A DNA stretch of 64,000 nucleotides from Meiothermus sp. GTDB lineage: Bacteria > Deinococcota > Deinococci > Deinococcales > Thermaceae. The notes beneath the pieces were generated by a model. The model was not told where the DNA came from. It saw only the letters and a list, made by a program, of their open reading frames with translations, and did no database searches. Within the stretch, counting starts at the first letter, position 1. Every line of letters begins with the position of its first letter. This document shows, one piece after another, positions 46,360-58,761 of the stretch. A program made the translations under genes and the position numbers. The stretch spans positions 12,488 to 76,487 of the forward strand of contig JANRLD010000025.1 in assembly GCA_033762915.1 (NCBI GenBank). Direction: 5' to 3'.

Positions 46360-46490
46360 AATACTTTGGAAACGGATTCCGTAGGCCCAAGGCTCAAGTC
46401 CAATTCGCCGGCCCGTGCTGAGGGTCGCAGAGCGCACGCACCAGCCCGGTTAGAACGGAGCCTCCGGCGCGCCAAACGGGTAGGGCATCC

Positions 46491-49400
46491 GTGATACCAA
46501 GCGACTTCTTGAAGAAGCTAGGGGTCGCCCTGTGTACCTTACTGTGTGCCCTGCTGGGCTCGGAGGCCCTCGCACTCAGCCCGGGCAGCATCACGGCCGT
46601 CATGACCACCGACAACCTGCTCACCTCGGACTCCAACAACTGTTCCGGAGGGGCTGGGCCTCGAGCGGCCTACGTGGGCTTCCGCTTCACTAACACCTCC
46701 GGCTCCGCCCTGCGCGACGTCCGGGTCACGCTGGGCGCGTTCGCCGCCGGCTTCGGACTCAACAACGGGCAGGCCGCCACCCTGACCATCGGTAGCCTGG
46801 CGGCCGGGGCCAGCGACGTGCTGTACTGGCACATCTTCTACCCGTGCCACACCGCCTCCCCCAACAGCAACACCCTAACCCTGACCCTCAGCGACTCCAA
46901 CCCCGGAACCGTGACCATCAACACCGGCACCACCATAACCTCGACCAGTAGCCTCAGCGCCAACGCTGGCGGCCAGATCAACACCACCACCCTGGGGCCG
47001 GGAGCAGTGTTGGGCCAGGTCATCACCTACGATGTCACCTATAACTTCGGCCAAACCTCCGTCGGCGACCGCTTCAATCTCCAACCCGCAGGGAACACGT
47101 CTTACAACGCGGGCTGCTTTCAGTTGGTCAACTCGAGGATCACCTCCTCCAACGTGCCCGCCATCACGACAGGCACAGCCGATCAACTGCTATTCGTGGC
47201 AGGCGCGGGGCAGAACACCGGCGGCGGGCAGACCAACCTGGTTACCGTGCGCTACTTCATCAAGTACCTCTGCGCCAACACTTCCACCACCTCCGCACCC
47301 TACGCGTCGCAGACCAGCGGCGGCCAGCTCAAGTACAGCGGCAACTTCGGCGGCGCCGCAACCCTGATGAACTTCCCCGGAGCGACCAACTCGGTGAGCA
47401 TCTCCAAGAGCGCCGACTTCTCGGTGGTCCCCGCCGGCGCCGCCGTCACCTACACCGTCACCCTCACCAACTCCTCGGCCAGCTTCCCAACCTACGTCGA
47501 CCAGATCACCGATGTTTTGCCCAGCGGGGCCACCTTCGGCAGCATCCAGAGCAGCAGCGACGTGACCGCCGCCAACTCCAATCAAGTCCCGCAGACTGGG
47601 AGCAGCGGCACCCTGAGCTTCATCGGCCAGCCCTTCACCGTCAGCGCGGGTGGCACAGTGAGCGGGTCGTACCTGATCCCGCCAACCAGCTCGATCCGGC
47701 TGATCTACACCGTCAACCTCTCCACCACTCCCGGCACTTACGCCAACTCCGCCACCGCCACCATAGGCACCGTCACCACGCCGCCCGCCAGCATCAGCGT
47801 TCAGGTGGTGACGATGGCCCTGACATTGACCAAGACCGCAGTGACCCGGGCCTACATTGGCGACACGGTCACCTACACCTACACCCTCACCAACACCACC
47901 ACCAGCGGCGCCCCCAACCTCACCCTGTCTTCCATCACCGACCCACTGCTGGGCACCCTGAGCCCGCCCGCCAGTTGCACCACCCTGGCCCCCGGCGCCT
48001 CCTGCAGCTTCACCCAGACCTACCCGGTGACCTCTTCCACCCCCGACCCCTTCACCACCACGGCCACCGCCACCTACACCTTCACCCCCACCGGCACCCC
48101 CAGCAGCGCCAGCGCCAGCGCCACCCACGTCCTCGACGTGCTAAAGCCCGACCTCACCATCTCCAACGTGGCTAGCGGCTCCTTCGCCCGGGGCTCCACC
48201 GGCACCTACACCCTCACCGCCACCAACCTCTCGGCCGACCCCACCACCGGCACGGTCACGGTGAGCGGCACCCTGCCCGCCGGCCTCACCCCCACCTCGG
48301 CCACCGGCACTGGCTGGAGTTGCACCATCTCCGGCCAGACCGTGACCTGCACCCGCTCCGACGCCCTATCCGGCGCGGCCTATCCGCCCATCACCGTGAA
48401 CGTGAACGTAGCCCAGTCGGCGGCCACACCGCTCTCCTTCACCGCCACGGTCTCCGGTGGGGCTGACACCAACAGCACCAACAACAGCGCCACGGTGAAC
48501 AGCACCATCTCCACCGTGGCCGACCTGTCCGTGACCAAGACCGACGGAGTGAGCGTGGTGGCGGCGGGCAGCACGGTCAGCTACACCATCACAGCAGCCA
48601 ACAACGGCCCTTCCAACCTCATTGGGGCGACCCTCACTGACACCCTGCCCGCCAGCCTGACCGGGGCCACCTGGACCTGCGCGGCCTCGAGCGGCTCCTC
48701 CTGCCCCGCCTCTGGGTCGGGCAACATCGTCGCCAGCCTCAGCCTACTCTCTGGCGGCACCGCCACCTTCACCCTCAACGCCACCCTCTCGGCCTCGGCC
48801 ACCGGCAGCGTGGCTAACACCGCCACCGTGGCCGTACCCGGCGGGGCCACCGACCCCAACTCCTCTAACAACTCCTCCACCGACACCAACTCCATCGTCC
48901 CCGCGGTGGACCTGGCCATCACCAAGACCGCGGGCGCTTCCACGGCCGTCCCCGGCTCCACCCTGACCTACACCCTGGTGGCCCGCAATAACGGCCCCAA
49001 CCCGGTCACCGGGGCCACCCTCACCGACACCCTGCCGTCCGGTGTCACCGGCGGGAGCTGGACCTGCGCGGCCTCGAGCGGCTCCTCCTGCCCCGCCTCC
49101 GGGTCGGGCAACATCGCCGCCAACGTCAGCCTGCTCTCCGGCGGCACCGCAACCTTCAGCCTGGTGGTCACTGTCTCGCCCGCCGCCACCGGCACCCTCA
49201 GCAACACCGCCGGCATCAGCGCCCCCCTCACGGTCGCCGACACCAACCTCTCCAACAACTCCTCCACCGTCACCACCACCCTCACCCCCAGCGTCAACCT
49301 GAGCCTCAGCAAAACCGACGGCAAGACCACCACCCTGCGCGGCGACCTCAACACCTACACCATCACCGTGAGCAACAGCGGCCCCTCCAACCTGGTCGGG

Positions 49401-52400
49401 GCCACCGTCACAGACGCCCTGCCGTCCGGCCTGACCGGCGGGAGCTGGACCTGCACCGCCCCCAGCGGCGGCTCTTGCACCGCCTCGGGGAGCGGCAACA
49501 TCTCCGACACGGTGAACATCCCGGCCGGCGGCAGCCTCACCTACAGCCTGAGCGCGACCGTGGGCGCGGGCGCGAGCGGCACCCTGAGCAACACCGTAAG
49601 CGTGTCGGTGCCCTTGAGCACCACCAATACCGGTGCCTCGAGCGCCACCGACACCACCAGCGTCCTGACCTACACCGTGACCAAGGCGGTCAGCTCGACC
49701 ACCCCGGTCCTGCCGGGCACCACCCTCACCTACACCATTCAGATCACCAACACCAGCCTGGTCGCGATCAGCGGGGCCGCCTTTACCGACGCCCTGCCCG
49801 CCGGGACGGCCTACTACCCCCTCAGCGCCAGCCTCAACGGCGGCAGCGCCTTCGGGACCACCTACCCCTTCGCCAGCGCCTACCCGGTCAACAGCGCGGG
49901 CCAGAGCAGCGGCGTCATCGCGGCGGGCGCCACCACGACGATCAGCTTCAAGGTGGTGGTGAACAGCAGCAGCCCGCCGGCCTCGGTCTCCAACCAGGGC
50001 TATTTCACCTTCACCGGCGGGCCCTCCGGCGGTGCCCCCACCGACGACCCCACCACCCCCGCCGCCAACGACCCCACCCTGAGCACCGTGACGGCCCCCC
50101 CGGGCTACTTCATCAACTATGAGGACGGCACGGTCGGAAGCTACAACTGCACCACCAACGTCGGCATGGACGTGGGGGGCTTGACCAGCACCGGGGCCGC
50201 CTTCGGGCGCTCCCAGGCCAACCCGCCGCTCAACGGGCTGTACCACTTGGTCAGCGACGACCTGAGCAGCGCCTCGCTCAACGCCTACACCGAGACCCCC
50301 TGGCTCCTGTTCGGCGGGGGCAACCTGATCGAGTTCAGGCACAAGATCAGCAACCTCTCCACCACAAACGCCCGGATAGTGATTTCCCTAGTCGAGGCGG
50401 GCACCGGCCTCGAGACGGTCCTGCTGACCTACACCTACGTCGCCGGGGACGCCAACGTCTCGAGGTTCGTCTCGCAGAACACCAGCGTGACCGGGGTCTA
50501 CAAGGTCCGCATCCGCTTCCTGGGGACCCCAGGCTCGGGCAGCGCCAGGGGCGCGGTGGACGACATCAACACCGACGCCACCCAGGCCACCGCCGGCGTG
50601 GGAACCGCCGCCTCGCCCGCCTCCGGCTCGGCCTGTAACTACCGCCTCGACCCCCGGGTTGTGAAGACCGGCCCCGCCACCGCCACCACCACCCAGACCG
50701 TCACCTACACCATCACCGCCACCAACGGCGGCCCCGCCACCTTCCAGGGAACCCTCACCGACGCCGTCCCCGCCGGCTTCACGGCCGTAACCTGGGTCTG
50801 CACCGCCGCCGGAGACGCCGACTGCGACACCGCCGCCGCTGGGACCGGGGCCTCCGGCTCGGGCAACAGCATCAGCCTGACGGCGGTACGCATCCGGCCG
50901 GGGTCGGGCAACTCGGTCACCCTCACCGTGACCGCCACCGCCGCCACCGCCGGGACCGTCGTCAATACCGCCCTTCTGACTCTGCCGGGCGGGGCCACCG
51001 ACGACCTCAACCCCGCCGACAACACCTCCTCGGTCACCACGGTCATCTCCCTGCTGGGGGTGACGGTCTCGGGACGGGTCTACGCGGACCTCCAACCCAA
51101 CGGCACGCTCGACGGCGGCGAGGACTGGAGCAGCGGGGTCGCAGTGCGGGTCAACCTGGTCCAAGGCACGACCGTGGTGCAGAGTGTCGCGGTGGGGGCA
51201 GGGGGCGGCAACTTCTCCTTCAGCGCGGTGGTGGCAGGATCCTACCAGCTCATCGTCACCACGGGCGCGGGCGCCACAACTGCCGCCGCGCCCGCCGGCT
51301 GGATCTTCATCCAACCCCAGTCCGGCAGCCTGAGCCTGAGCGTGGCCACGGCCGACCTGAGCGGCCAGAACCTGGGGCTCTACAACGGCTCGAGGCTCAC
51401 CGGCACCGTCTTCCGCGACGACGCCCTGGGCGGGGGTACGGCTAACAACTCGCTGCAAGACGGGGGCGAGGTGGGAATGGGGGGCGTCACGGTCACCGCC
51501 AGCGACGGCACCAGCAGCCTGAGCACCCTCACTGAAGCCGGCGGGAGCTACACCCTCTACATTCCGGCCACCTACGGCTCGAGCCTGACCCTCTCCCATG
51601 CCCAGGCCGCGCCCACCGGCACCAACGTCGCGGGCGCCGCGATACAGCTAGCCTCGAGCTATAACGCGGCGGCGGCACGGCGCCGGGTCATCAGCAGCTT
51701 CTCCGGCGGCCAGACTTACACCGGCTACAACTTCGGGGTGGTCTGGGCCTCGGAGCTGCGCCCCAACAACAGCGGCCAAGCCTCCAGCCCTGGCGTCGCC
51801 ACCTACCGCCACACCTTCCGCCCCGGCACCCTGGGCAGCACGATCTTGAGTATGACCGGGGGGCTCGCCTACCAGGTGCGCTGGGCCGCCGGCTGCAGCG
51901 CGGTCACGGCCTCCGACCCCCTGCAGCCCTTCCCCCTCTCCCTAATCGTCGACTCCACCTGGCCCCGAGACCCCGACGGCCGCCTCAGCGCCTGCGAGCT
52001 CGAGTTGCTGGTCCTGGTTCCCGCCGGCCGACCCTCCGGCTCCGTCGACATCGCCCAGCTCTCCGCCGCCCTGGCCTGGGCCAACAACCCCGCCTTGACC
52101 GACCCCCGCTCGGCCATCGACACCACCACGGTGCTGGCCCCCGGCGGCCTGAGGCTCGAAAAGCAGGTGCGCAACGTCACCCAGAACAACCCCGCCGGCG
52201 CCTACGCCACCAACATCGGCGGACGGCCCGGCGACACCCTCGAGTACTGCATCGCCTTCCGTAACTCCGGCACCACCGCCGTCAGCAGCGCCGTCCTCAC
52301 CGACCCCATCCCCTTCTTCACCAACTACGCCCCGGGCACCCTCCGCCTCGACTCCGCACCGCTTACCGACGCCGCCGACGCCGACACCGGCGAGCTGGTG

Positions 52401-52484
52401 GGCACCCTCTACGTTCTGGTTCGCCTCGGCACCCTGACCGCAGGCCAGACCGGACAGGTCTGCTACCGCGTCACCATCCGCTAA
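46491..52484 (+). CDS. Giant adhesin-like protein (1997 aa): many DUF11 repeats + SdrD-B + shared C-terminal module
   Basis: Signal peptide; repeated DL..TKT..YTI...NNGP..TDTLP...NTA..DP..NNS repeats; C-terminus paralogous to the two previous genes. Confidence 0.85.
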   Translation: MIPSDFLKKLGVALCTLLCALLGSEALALSPGSITAVMTTDNLLTSDSNNCSGGAGPRAAYVGFRFTNTSGSALRDVRVTLGAFAAGFGLNNGQAATLTIGSLAAGASDVLYWHIFYPCHTASPNSNTLTLTLSDSNPGTVTINTGTTITSTSSLSANAGGQINTTTLGPGAVLGQVITYDVTYNFGQTSVGDRFNLQPAGNTSYNAGCFQLVNSRITSSNVPAITTGTADQLLFVAGAGQNTGGGQTNLVTVRYFIKYLCANTSTTSAPYASQTSGGQLKYSGNFGGAATLMNFPGATNSVSISKSADFSVVPAGAAVTYTVTLTNSSASFPTYVDQITDVLPSGATFGSIQSSSDVTAANSNQVPQTGSSGTLSFIGQPFTVSAGGTVSGSYLIPPTSSIRLIYTVNLSTTPGTYANSATATIGTVTTPPASISVQVVTMALTLTKTAVTRAYIGDTVTYTYTLTNTTTSGAPNLTLSSITDPLLGTLSPPASCTTLAPGASCSFTQTYPVTSSTPDPFTTTATATYTFTPTGTPSSASASATHVLDVLKPDLTISNVASGSFARGSTGTYTLTATNLSADPTTGTVTVSGTLPAGLTPTSATGTGWSCTISGQTVTCTRSDALSGAAYPPITVNVNVAQSAATPLSFTATVSGGADTNSTNNSATVNSTISTVADLSVTKTDGVSVVAAGSTVSYTITAANNGPSNLIGATLTDTLPASLTGATWTCAASSGSSCPASGSGNIVASLSLLSGGTATFTLNATLSASATGSVANTATVAVPGGATDPNSSNNSSTDTNSIVPAVDLAITKTAGASTAVPGSTLTYTLVARNNGPNPVTGATLTDTLPSGVTGGSWTCAASSGSSCPASGSGNIAANVSLLSGGTATFSLVVTVSPAATGTLSNTAGISAPLTVADTNLSNNSSTVTTTLTPSVNLSLSKTDGKTTTLRGDLNTYTITVSNSGPSNLVGATVTDALPSGLTGGSWTCTAPSGGSCTASGSGNISDTVNIPAGGSLTYSLSATVGAGASGTLSNTVSVSVPLSTTNTGASSATDTTSVLTYTVTKAVSSTTPVLPGTTLTYTIQITNTSLVAISGAAFTDALPAGTAYYPLSASLNGGSAFGTTYPFASAYPVNSAGQSSGVIAAGATTTISFKVVVNSSSPPASVSNQGYFTFTGGPSGGAPTDDPTTPAANDPTLSTVTAPPGYFINYEDGTVGSYNCTTNVGMDVGGLTSTGAAFGRSQANPPLNGLYHLVSDDLSSASLNAYTETPWLLFGGGNLIEFRHKISNLSTTNARIVISLVEAGTGLETVLLTYTYVAGDANVSRFVSQNTSVTGVYKVRIRFLGTPGSGSARGAVDDINTDATQATAGVGTAASPASGSACNYRLDPRVVKTGPATATTTQTVTYTITATNGGPATFQGTLTDAVPAGFTAVTWVCTAAGDADCDTAAAGTGASGSGNSISLTAVRIRPGSGNSVTLTVTATAATAGTVVNTALLTLPGGATDDLNPADNTSSVTTVISLLGVTVSGRVYADLQPNGTLDGGEDWSSGVAVRVNLVQGTTVVQSVAVGAGGGNFSFSAVVAGSYQLIVTTGAGATTAAAPAGWIFIQPQSGSLSLSVATADLSGQNLGLYNGSRLTGTVFRDDALGGGTANNSLQDGGEVGMGGVTVTASDGTSSLSTLTEAGGSYTLYIPATYGSSLTLSHAQAAPTGTNVAGAAIQLASSYNAAAARRRVISSFSGGQTYTGYNFGVVWASELRPNNSGQASSPGVATYRHTFRPGTLGSTILSMTGGLAYQVRWAAGCSAVTASDPLQPFPLSLIVDSTWPRDPDGRLSACELELLVLVPAGRPSGSVDIAQLSAALAWANNPALTDPRSAIDTTTVLAPGGLRLEKQVRNVTQNNPAGAYATNIGGRPGDTLEYCIAFRNSGTTAVSSAVLTDPIPFFTNYAPGTLRLDSAPLTDAADADTGELVGTLYVLVRLGTLTAGQTGQVCYRVTIR

Positions 52485-53467
52485 GCGGACGCCAGGGGCT
52501 CGAGGATCGCCCGCAGCTCCCCCAGGGTGTCTACCCGCTTAAGGGCGGGGTGCAGCTCGGGGTGCGCCGGAAAGTACCTGTACACCACCTTGCGGAGCTG
52601 GCGAACGCCGCTGCGCTCGCCATACCACTGCGCGTTCAGCTCGGCGTGACGCAATGCAGTCCGGGCGCGCTCCTGCGCGTCAGGCCCTGAGAACGCCTGC
52701 CGGGTGGGTTCGGGAACTCCGCCGGCAGGATTTTCCGCGATCTTCCGGAAGAGCCAGGGGTTCCCCACCGCCCCCCGCCCGATCATCACCCCCGCCACAC
52801 CAGTCTTGAGGCGCTCCCGATACTGCTCGAGGCTCGCCACGTCCCCGCAACCCAGCACCGGCACCCGGACAGCCTCCGCCACCTTGGCGATGGCCTCCCA
52901 GTCTGCCTCGCCCGTGTAGCGCTGGGCGCTGGTGCGCCCGTGGACCGTGATCAGCGCGGCCCCCGCAGCCTCGAGCCCCTGGGCCACCTCGAGGCTGCGG
53001 TCGGTGTCCCAGCCCAGCCGGATTTTCGCGCTGACCTCCAGCTGCGTTCCCTGCCGCATGGCCCGCACCAAATCGAAAGCCCTTTCCGGCGTCTGCAGCA
53101 AGCAGGCCCCGCCGCGCCCGGCCATCTTAGGAGCCGGACAGCCCATATTGAGGTCAACCGCCACCGGCCCGAAATCCCGCTCAGCCTTGGCGGCCGCGTC
53201 GCTCAAAACCCCGGGGTCGTCGCCAAACAACTGCAGCACCAGCCTCTGCTCACCGGGGTAGGGCGCACCCAGCTCGGTAGACTTGCGCTCGCCCGCCAGG
53301 AAGCCTCGCGCCAGCACCATCTCCGAGACCGTCCAGGCCGCGCCCTGCTCGAGGGCCAGCTGCCGGAACGGCGCGTCGGTGTATCCCGCCATCGGGGCCA
53401 GCACTGCCCTCGGCTTCTCCAGCATCTCGGCGTAAAACTTAGGCTTGGTCAGCGGCGCAGCGGTCAC
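52481..53467 (-). CDS. tRNA-dihydrouridine synthase (Dus family)
   Basis: [30 protein letters not shown] and VMIGRGA.GNPWLF motifs. Confidence 0.93.
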   Translation of the reverse strand: MTAAPLTKPKFYAEMLEKPRAVLAPMAGYTDAPFRQLALEQGAAWTVSEMVLARGFLAGERKSTELGAPYPGEQRLVLQLFGDDPGVLSDAAAKAERDFGPVAVDLNMGCPAPKMAGRGGACLLQTPERAFDLVRAMRQGTQLEVSAKIRLGWDTDRSLEVAQGLEAAGAALITVHGRTSAQRYTGEADWEAIAKVAEAVRVPVLGCGDVASLEQYRERLKTGVAGVMIGRGAVGNPWLFRKIAENPAGGVPEPTRQAFSGPDAQERARTALRHAELNAQWYGERSGVRQLRKVVYRYFPAHPELHPALKRVDTLGELRAILEPLASA

Positions 53468-53523
53468 AGCCCATGGTAGCAGAGGACATGGAACAGTGTT
53501 AGCTTGTGGGGATTGAGGCCCAC

Positions 53524-53988
53524 ATGAAGATCAAGAGCTATCAGGTCATCGAACTCGAGTACATCCTGAGCATAGATGGCGCCGTCGTCGAGCGCACCCC
53601 GGAAGGCAAGACCCAACACATCCTCACCCACTTTGCCCCAGACCTGCCCAGGGGCCTCGAGGCCGCCCTGATCGGCAAATCGCCGGGCACCTACCGGAGC
53701 GCAGTCCCTCCCGAGCAAGCCTACGGCCTCCACCACCCCGGTCTGCGCATCACCGCAAAAGTCGCTGACCTTCCCGAAGAGCCCCGCGTCGGCGGAGGCT
53801 TCGCGGCCGAGAACGACCTCCTCTACCGCGTGGTCGAAGTCGGCGGCGGCGAGGCTGTGCTGGACGCCAACCACGAGTGGGCGGGCAAGACCCTCGAGTA
53901 CACCTTCACCATCCACCGTGTCCGCCCTGCGGAGCGCGAGGAGATCGAGCACGGTCACGTCCACGGCAAGGGTGGCGTGGAACACTGA
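53524..53988 (+). CDS. slyD: FKBP-type peptidyl-prolyl isomerase SlyD
   Basis: [26 protein letters not shown] and His-rich tail [10 protein letters not shown]. Confidence 0.88.
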   Translation: MKIKSYQVIELEYILSIDGAVVERTPEGKTQHILTHFAPDLPRGLEAALIGKSPGTYRSAVPPEQAYGLHHPGLRITAKVADLPEEPRVGGGFAAENDLLYRVVEVGGGEAVLDANHEWAGKTLEYTFTIHRVRPAEREEIEHGHVHGKGGVEH

Positions 53989-53990
53989 CA

Positions 53991-54090
53991 GCGGTTCCCA
54001 CGAATACCCCGCACGCAGAGACTCGGATGTGTGGGGTACATTACACCCGCTTCAGCTCATCACCGCGTGAGGCGCAATGGTGGGAACCGC
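53991..54090. repeat. REP/MITE-like element copy 4
   Basis: GCGGTTCCCAC...GTGGGAACCGC perfect 11-bp ends; reverse complement of copy 3 plus an internal insertion. Confidence 0.75.
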
Positions 54091-54165
54091 AGTGACAGCG
54101 GCCCGCCCGGGTAGGATCGGGCGGCCCGGCTCCCCTCCTCGCGTGCTCATTGCTAAACTATCGGG

Positions 54166-54927
54166 GTGAATGTCTTCCGCCTCAAGGGCGACTTCGAGAC
54201 CCTGGACGCCTACTCCGCGCTGCTCTTTGACCTGGGGGCCAGGGGCCTGGAGGAGAAGCCCGGCGAGGTCTGGGCCTACTTCCCCGAGCGCCTCGAGCTG
54301 CCCCTGCCCGGCCAGTGGGAGGAGCTGCCAGACACCGACTGGCTCGAGGCCTATAAGCGCGACCTCAAACCCGCCAAGGCCGACCCCTTCGTGGTGCTGG
54401 CCCCCTGGCACACCTGGGAAGGCGGAGAGATCCGAATCGTCATCGAGCCGGGGATGGCCTTCGGCACCGGCCACCACGAGACCACCCGGATGGCCCTCGA
54501 GGCCCTGGGCAAGCGCCTCGAGCCCGAGATGAAGCTGCTCGACCTCGGCACCGGCTCGGGCATCCTGGCCATCGCCGCCGCTAAGCTGGACGCCGAGGCG
54601 GTAGGGGTGGACATCGACGAGACAGTGATCCCGACCGCCGCCGAGAACGCCCGCCTCAACGGCGTGGAGGTGCGCCTCGAGGTCGGCAGCCTCGGTGACG
54701 TAGACCCGCCCTTCGACCTGCTGGTGGCCAACCTCTACGCCGAACTCCACGCCTTCTTCGCCAATCAGTACCCCCGGGCCTTCGGCCTGTGTGGCACGCT
54801 GATCCTCACCGGCATTCTCGAGCAGCGCGAGCCCATCGTGCGCGACGCAGTAGAGAAGGCGGGGTTCAGACTGCTCGAGCGCCGCCAGGAGGGCGAGTGG
54901 GTGTGCCTGACCTACGTCAAACAGTGA
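54166..54927 (+). CDS. prmA: Ribosomal protein L11 methyltransferase
   Basis: IEPGMAFGTGHHETT, LDLGTGSGILAI and VANLYAELH motifs. Confidence 0.95.
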   Translation: MNVFRLKGDFETLDAYSALLFDLGARGLEEKPGEVWAYFPERLELPLPGQWEELPDTDWLEAYKRDLKPAKADPFVVLAPWHTWEGGEIRIVIEPGMAFGTGHHETTRMALEALGKRLEPEMKLLDLGTGSGILAIAAAKLDAEAVGVDIDETVIPTAAENARLNGVEVRLEVGSLGDVDPPFDLLVANLYAELHAFFANQYPRAFGLCGTLILTGILEQREPIVRDAVEKAGFRLLERRQEGEWVCLTYVKQ

Positions 54928-55012
54928 GCCCGTCGCGACCCCCTCGGCCCCTCATGCAGGGGGCGTTGGGCAAAAGATGCGGCGGACAGAGCTACTGGCC
55001 GGCGGTGTCACC

Positions 55013-55074
55013 GCGGTTCCCACGCATACTCCAAAACAGCAAAAACCGCTGCTGGGAGTGTGCATGGGAACCGC
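55013..55074. repeat. REP/MITE-like element copy 5
   Basis: GCGGTTCCCACGCATACTCC...ACAGCAAAAACCGCTG...TGGGAACCGC, between convergent genes. Confidence 0.75.
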
Positions 55075-55098
55075 TCTCAGGAGATCGCTTTCCGAGCC

Positions 55099-56034
55099 TC
55101 ACCGCACCTGCAACGCCCGGAACGCCTCCTCGTACTCGAACTGGTTGATGTTACGCCCAATCACCACCAGACGACTGCTGAGGTCTACCGGCTGGTCGGA
55201 CATGTCCAGGCTGAAGATTTCTCGCACCGACTGGTAGAGCACCTTTCTGTCGAAGCCCTTCACGCTCAAGAAGCCCTTGGCGCGGAAGATGGCGTCGGGG
55301 CGGGAGATCAGATAGTTGTCGATGAACTCGTTGACCTTCTGGCGCTCCAAGGGCCTGTCCGTACTGAGGGTGAAGGTCTGGACGTTGGGGGCGTGCAAGT
55401 GCTCGTGGCCCACCGGCTTCCAGTCGAGATTGAAGGACCTGAGGCCCAGCAGTCGGGCGGTGTCGGCCTTGGACTGGCTGGTGCGCTGAATGCTGACCAG
55501 CGGGTTGATCTGCCGGATAACCCGCTCCGCCGCATCGGTCTGCTCGGGACTGGCGAGGTCGGTCTTGTTGAGCACCACCGCAGAGGCGTAGGCCAGCTGG
55601 ACCGCACCCTCGGGGCCGTCGCGCAGGGTCTGCTCGAGGTTGCGGGCGTCCGCCACCCCGATGATGCCGTCGAGCTCGAACTTGGTCTTGGCGAAGGGGT
55701 CCATAACGGTCTGGGCCACCGGCACCGGGTCGGCTAGGCCAGACAGCTCGATCAGGATGTACTCCGGGCGGTCCTTGCGCCCCATGATCTTGAACATCGC
55801 GCTCACCAGATCGTCGCGCCCCACGCAGCACAAGCAGCCGTTGGACAGCTCTGCGATGCCGTCGGTGTCAACGTTCTCGATCAGGCTACCGTCAATGCCG
55901 GTCTCGCCGAACTCGTTGACGATGACTCCGAACTTCTTGCCGCCGTTCAGGATCAAGTGGTTCACCAGGGTGGTCTTGCCCGCGCCCAGGAAACCGCCGA
56001 TCACGCTCACGGGGGTACGCTTTTGGAATTGCAT
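55099..56034 (-). CDS. COG0523/CobW-family metallochaperone GTPase
   Basis: GFLGAGKT, VNEFGE, NGCLCC, IELSGLADP, NKTD and RAKG motifs. Confidence 0.93.
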   Translation of the reverse strand: MQFQKRTPVSVIGGFLGAGKTTLVNHLILNGGKKFGVIVNEFGETGIDGSLIENVDTDGIAELSNGCLCCVGRDDLVSAMFKIMGRKDRPEYILIELSGLADPVPVAQTVMDPFAKTKFELDGIIGVADARNLEQTLRDGPEGAVQLAYASAVVLNKTDLASPEQTDAAERVIRQINPLVSIQRTSQSKADTARLLGLRSFNLDWKPVGHEHLHAPNVQTFTLSTDRPLERQKVNEFIDNYLISRPDAIFRAKGFLSVKGFDRKVLYQSVREIFSLDMSDQPVDLSSRLVVIGRNINQFEYEEAFRALQVR

Positions 56035-56131
56035 GGCGGTAGGTTACAGCGCCCCGGGTGTGGGTATGGTGAGGCAGGGAACAGGGGCTTGGAGCGTAGC
56101 GCATGAAAAAACACCGCAAGGTTTTACCCTC

Positions 56132-56261
56132 CGTCTAAGTTGCGCCATAGTGAGATTGCAGGATTTCAGCACAGCCGCATCTGCGAGCGGCTTGTGGGCG
56201 CAATTGCCCGATCTATCGGTGAGTGCGGATGCTGCAATTCCACTATGGAGATACTTAGACG
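56132..56261. repeat. Long imperfect inverted repeat (130 bp)
   Basis: Left CGTCTAAGT-tgcg-CCATAGTG-ag-ATTGCAG pairs with right CTGCAAT-tc-CACTATGG-agat-ACTTAGACG. Confidence 0.7.
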
Positions 56262-56293
56262 CTACGCCCTTCAACCTATGCTCCGGGCTCCAC

Positions 56294-56323
56294 AAAACAG
56301 CCCCCGCCTGTTCAGCGGGGGCT
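56294..56323 (-). terminator. Intrinsic terminator of malK
   Basis: AGCCCCCGC/GCGGGGGCT stem followed by GTTTTG on the minus strand. Confidence 0.7.
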
Positions 56324-56339
56324 ACGGCAAACGGGTACG

Positions 56340-57485
<1,146 letters not shown>

Positions 57486-58015
57486 ATTGGCCTCCGTACC
57501 CTTGCCCACGCTGTGAGACCTTGGCCCTTGGGCCAACCCCATCGGGGAACACACTGCGGGTACCCGGCCAGTCTACCCAGTTTGTGGGCTGAGAAGCAAT
57601 AGGCCAAGCCCGGTTGTCTGGAGATTTTTCAGTCTGAACCAAGTTAAGAAATTGTGCCGGCGGGTCGGCGCAGTGCCGCGTTCGCTCCACTCGGTTGGGG
57701 GCTTGTGCACGCGGGAACCTGGATCGGCGGCGGCGGGCCATGGTTTAGAACGTGGTCGAGCCGCTCGAGTACGGTTTAAGTGCCCCCGTAGTTGGAATGC
57801 GAATATTCACCGCCAGCTCCCAACGGTAATTGCGCCTCGGGTAGCCACTTCGCGGCAATGGCGCACGTAACTCCGCCCTGGCAGGTGTTTACCGCTTCCA
57901 CCGGTTCCGCACTTCTACCCTGGGGCAACTTATAGGAAGGTCCGGGCACCCCTCCCGGCTTGGCGCTGCGCAAACTCCGCGACGCGCTGCGGGGTCGGCC
58001 AGGCGGAAATGGCGA

Positions 58016-58044
58016 GGCCCCCTCGAGTCGGGCTCGAGGGGGCC
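58016..58044. terminator. Hairpin immediately downstream of tmRNA
   Basis: GGCCCCCTCGAG-TCGGG-CTCGAGGGGGCC 12-bp perfect stem. Confidence 0.65.
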
Positions 58045-58048
58045 GTTT

Positions 58049-58425
58049 TGGTGGAGACGAGGGGAGTCGAACCCCTGTCCAAAGACCCATCCAACAGGCT
58101 TCTACGTGTGTAGTGGGTGCTTAATCGTCATTCAGCGGTTCGCCACCCACGGCGGCGCTGAACCAATCTCCGTAGCGGCCTTTCGGGCCGTTCGCCCCGG
58201 GCTACGGAACCTTGCCCTGGGCTAGCCGACTTTAGGTCGTTCGTTCAGCACGCCATCGGCTGGGCTTCTGAGGAACGTCGCTGACTTAAGCAGCGAGGGC
58301 GAGCCCACGAGGGGCCACAGTGTTTTTGGCAGTTAAGCCTTTGGTGGAGTGTTTTACGAGGCCAACCACCATCCTCGACACGCGGCCATGTTTTCAAGAA
58401 TCCCTGTCGAAACCGGAACGTCCCC
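58049..58425 (-). ncRNA. ssrA: tmRNA; encoded tag AKNTVAPRGLALAA*
   Basis: 5' GGGGACG...TTCGAC; 3' T-arm GGGGTTCGACTCCCC then CGTCTCCACCA; tag reading frame 58330-58286 ending ALAA-TAA. Confidence 0.95.
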
Positions 58426-58680
58426 GACAGTCGCAGCCTCGGATTTGGCCCGGTCTGCAAAGTAAAACTATAGCAGGTTTTGGCGGGCAATTCTAGGGGT
58501 CTAGGCCCGGTCAGCCGAGAAAAACACCGCTCGAGAGCCCCTCGGCAGCAGTCTGGTTTGGGCTCGCTGGTCGGCGGGTCCTCACCCGGCGCGCGCAGGG
58601 AAATCCCGTGGGTGGGCCCCACCCTCAGCGCAACGCCTTGACGCCCTCGAGGCCCGGCCCTAAAATACCCTTTGCCCTGT

Positions 58681-58758
58681 GGTGGGCGTAGCTCAGTTGG
58701 TTAGAGCGTCGGTCTGTGGCTCCGAAGGTCGTGGGTTCAAATCCCATCGTCCACCCCA
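58681..58758 (+). tRNA. tRNA-His (GUG) with G-1
   Basis: Acceptor G-GTGGGCG/CGTCCAC-C-CCA, D-arm AGCTCAGTTGGTTAGAGC, anticodon loop CTGTGGC, T-loop GTTCAAATC. Confidence 0.97.
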
Positions 58759-58761
58759 AAC

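Noticed and set aside
56035..56293. Cobalamin or metal riboswitch upstream of the COG0523 gene
   Set aside because: No B12-box or other recognisable aptamer, and the gene looks leaderless.
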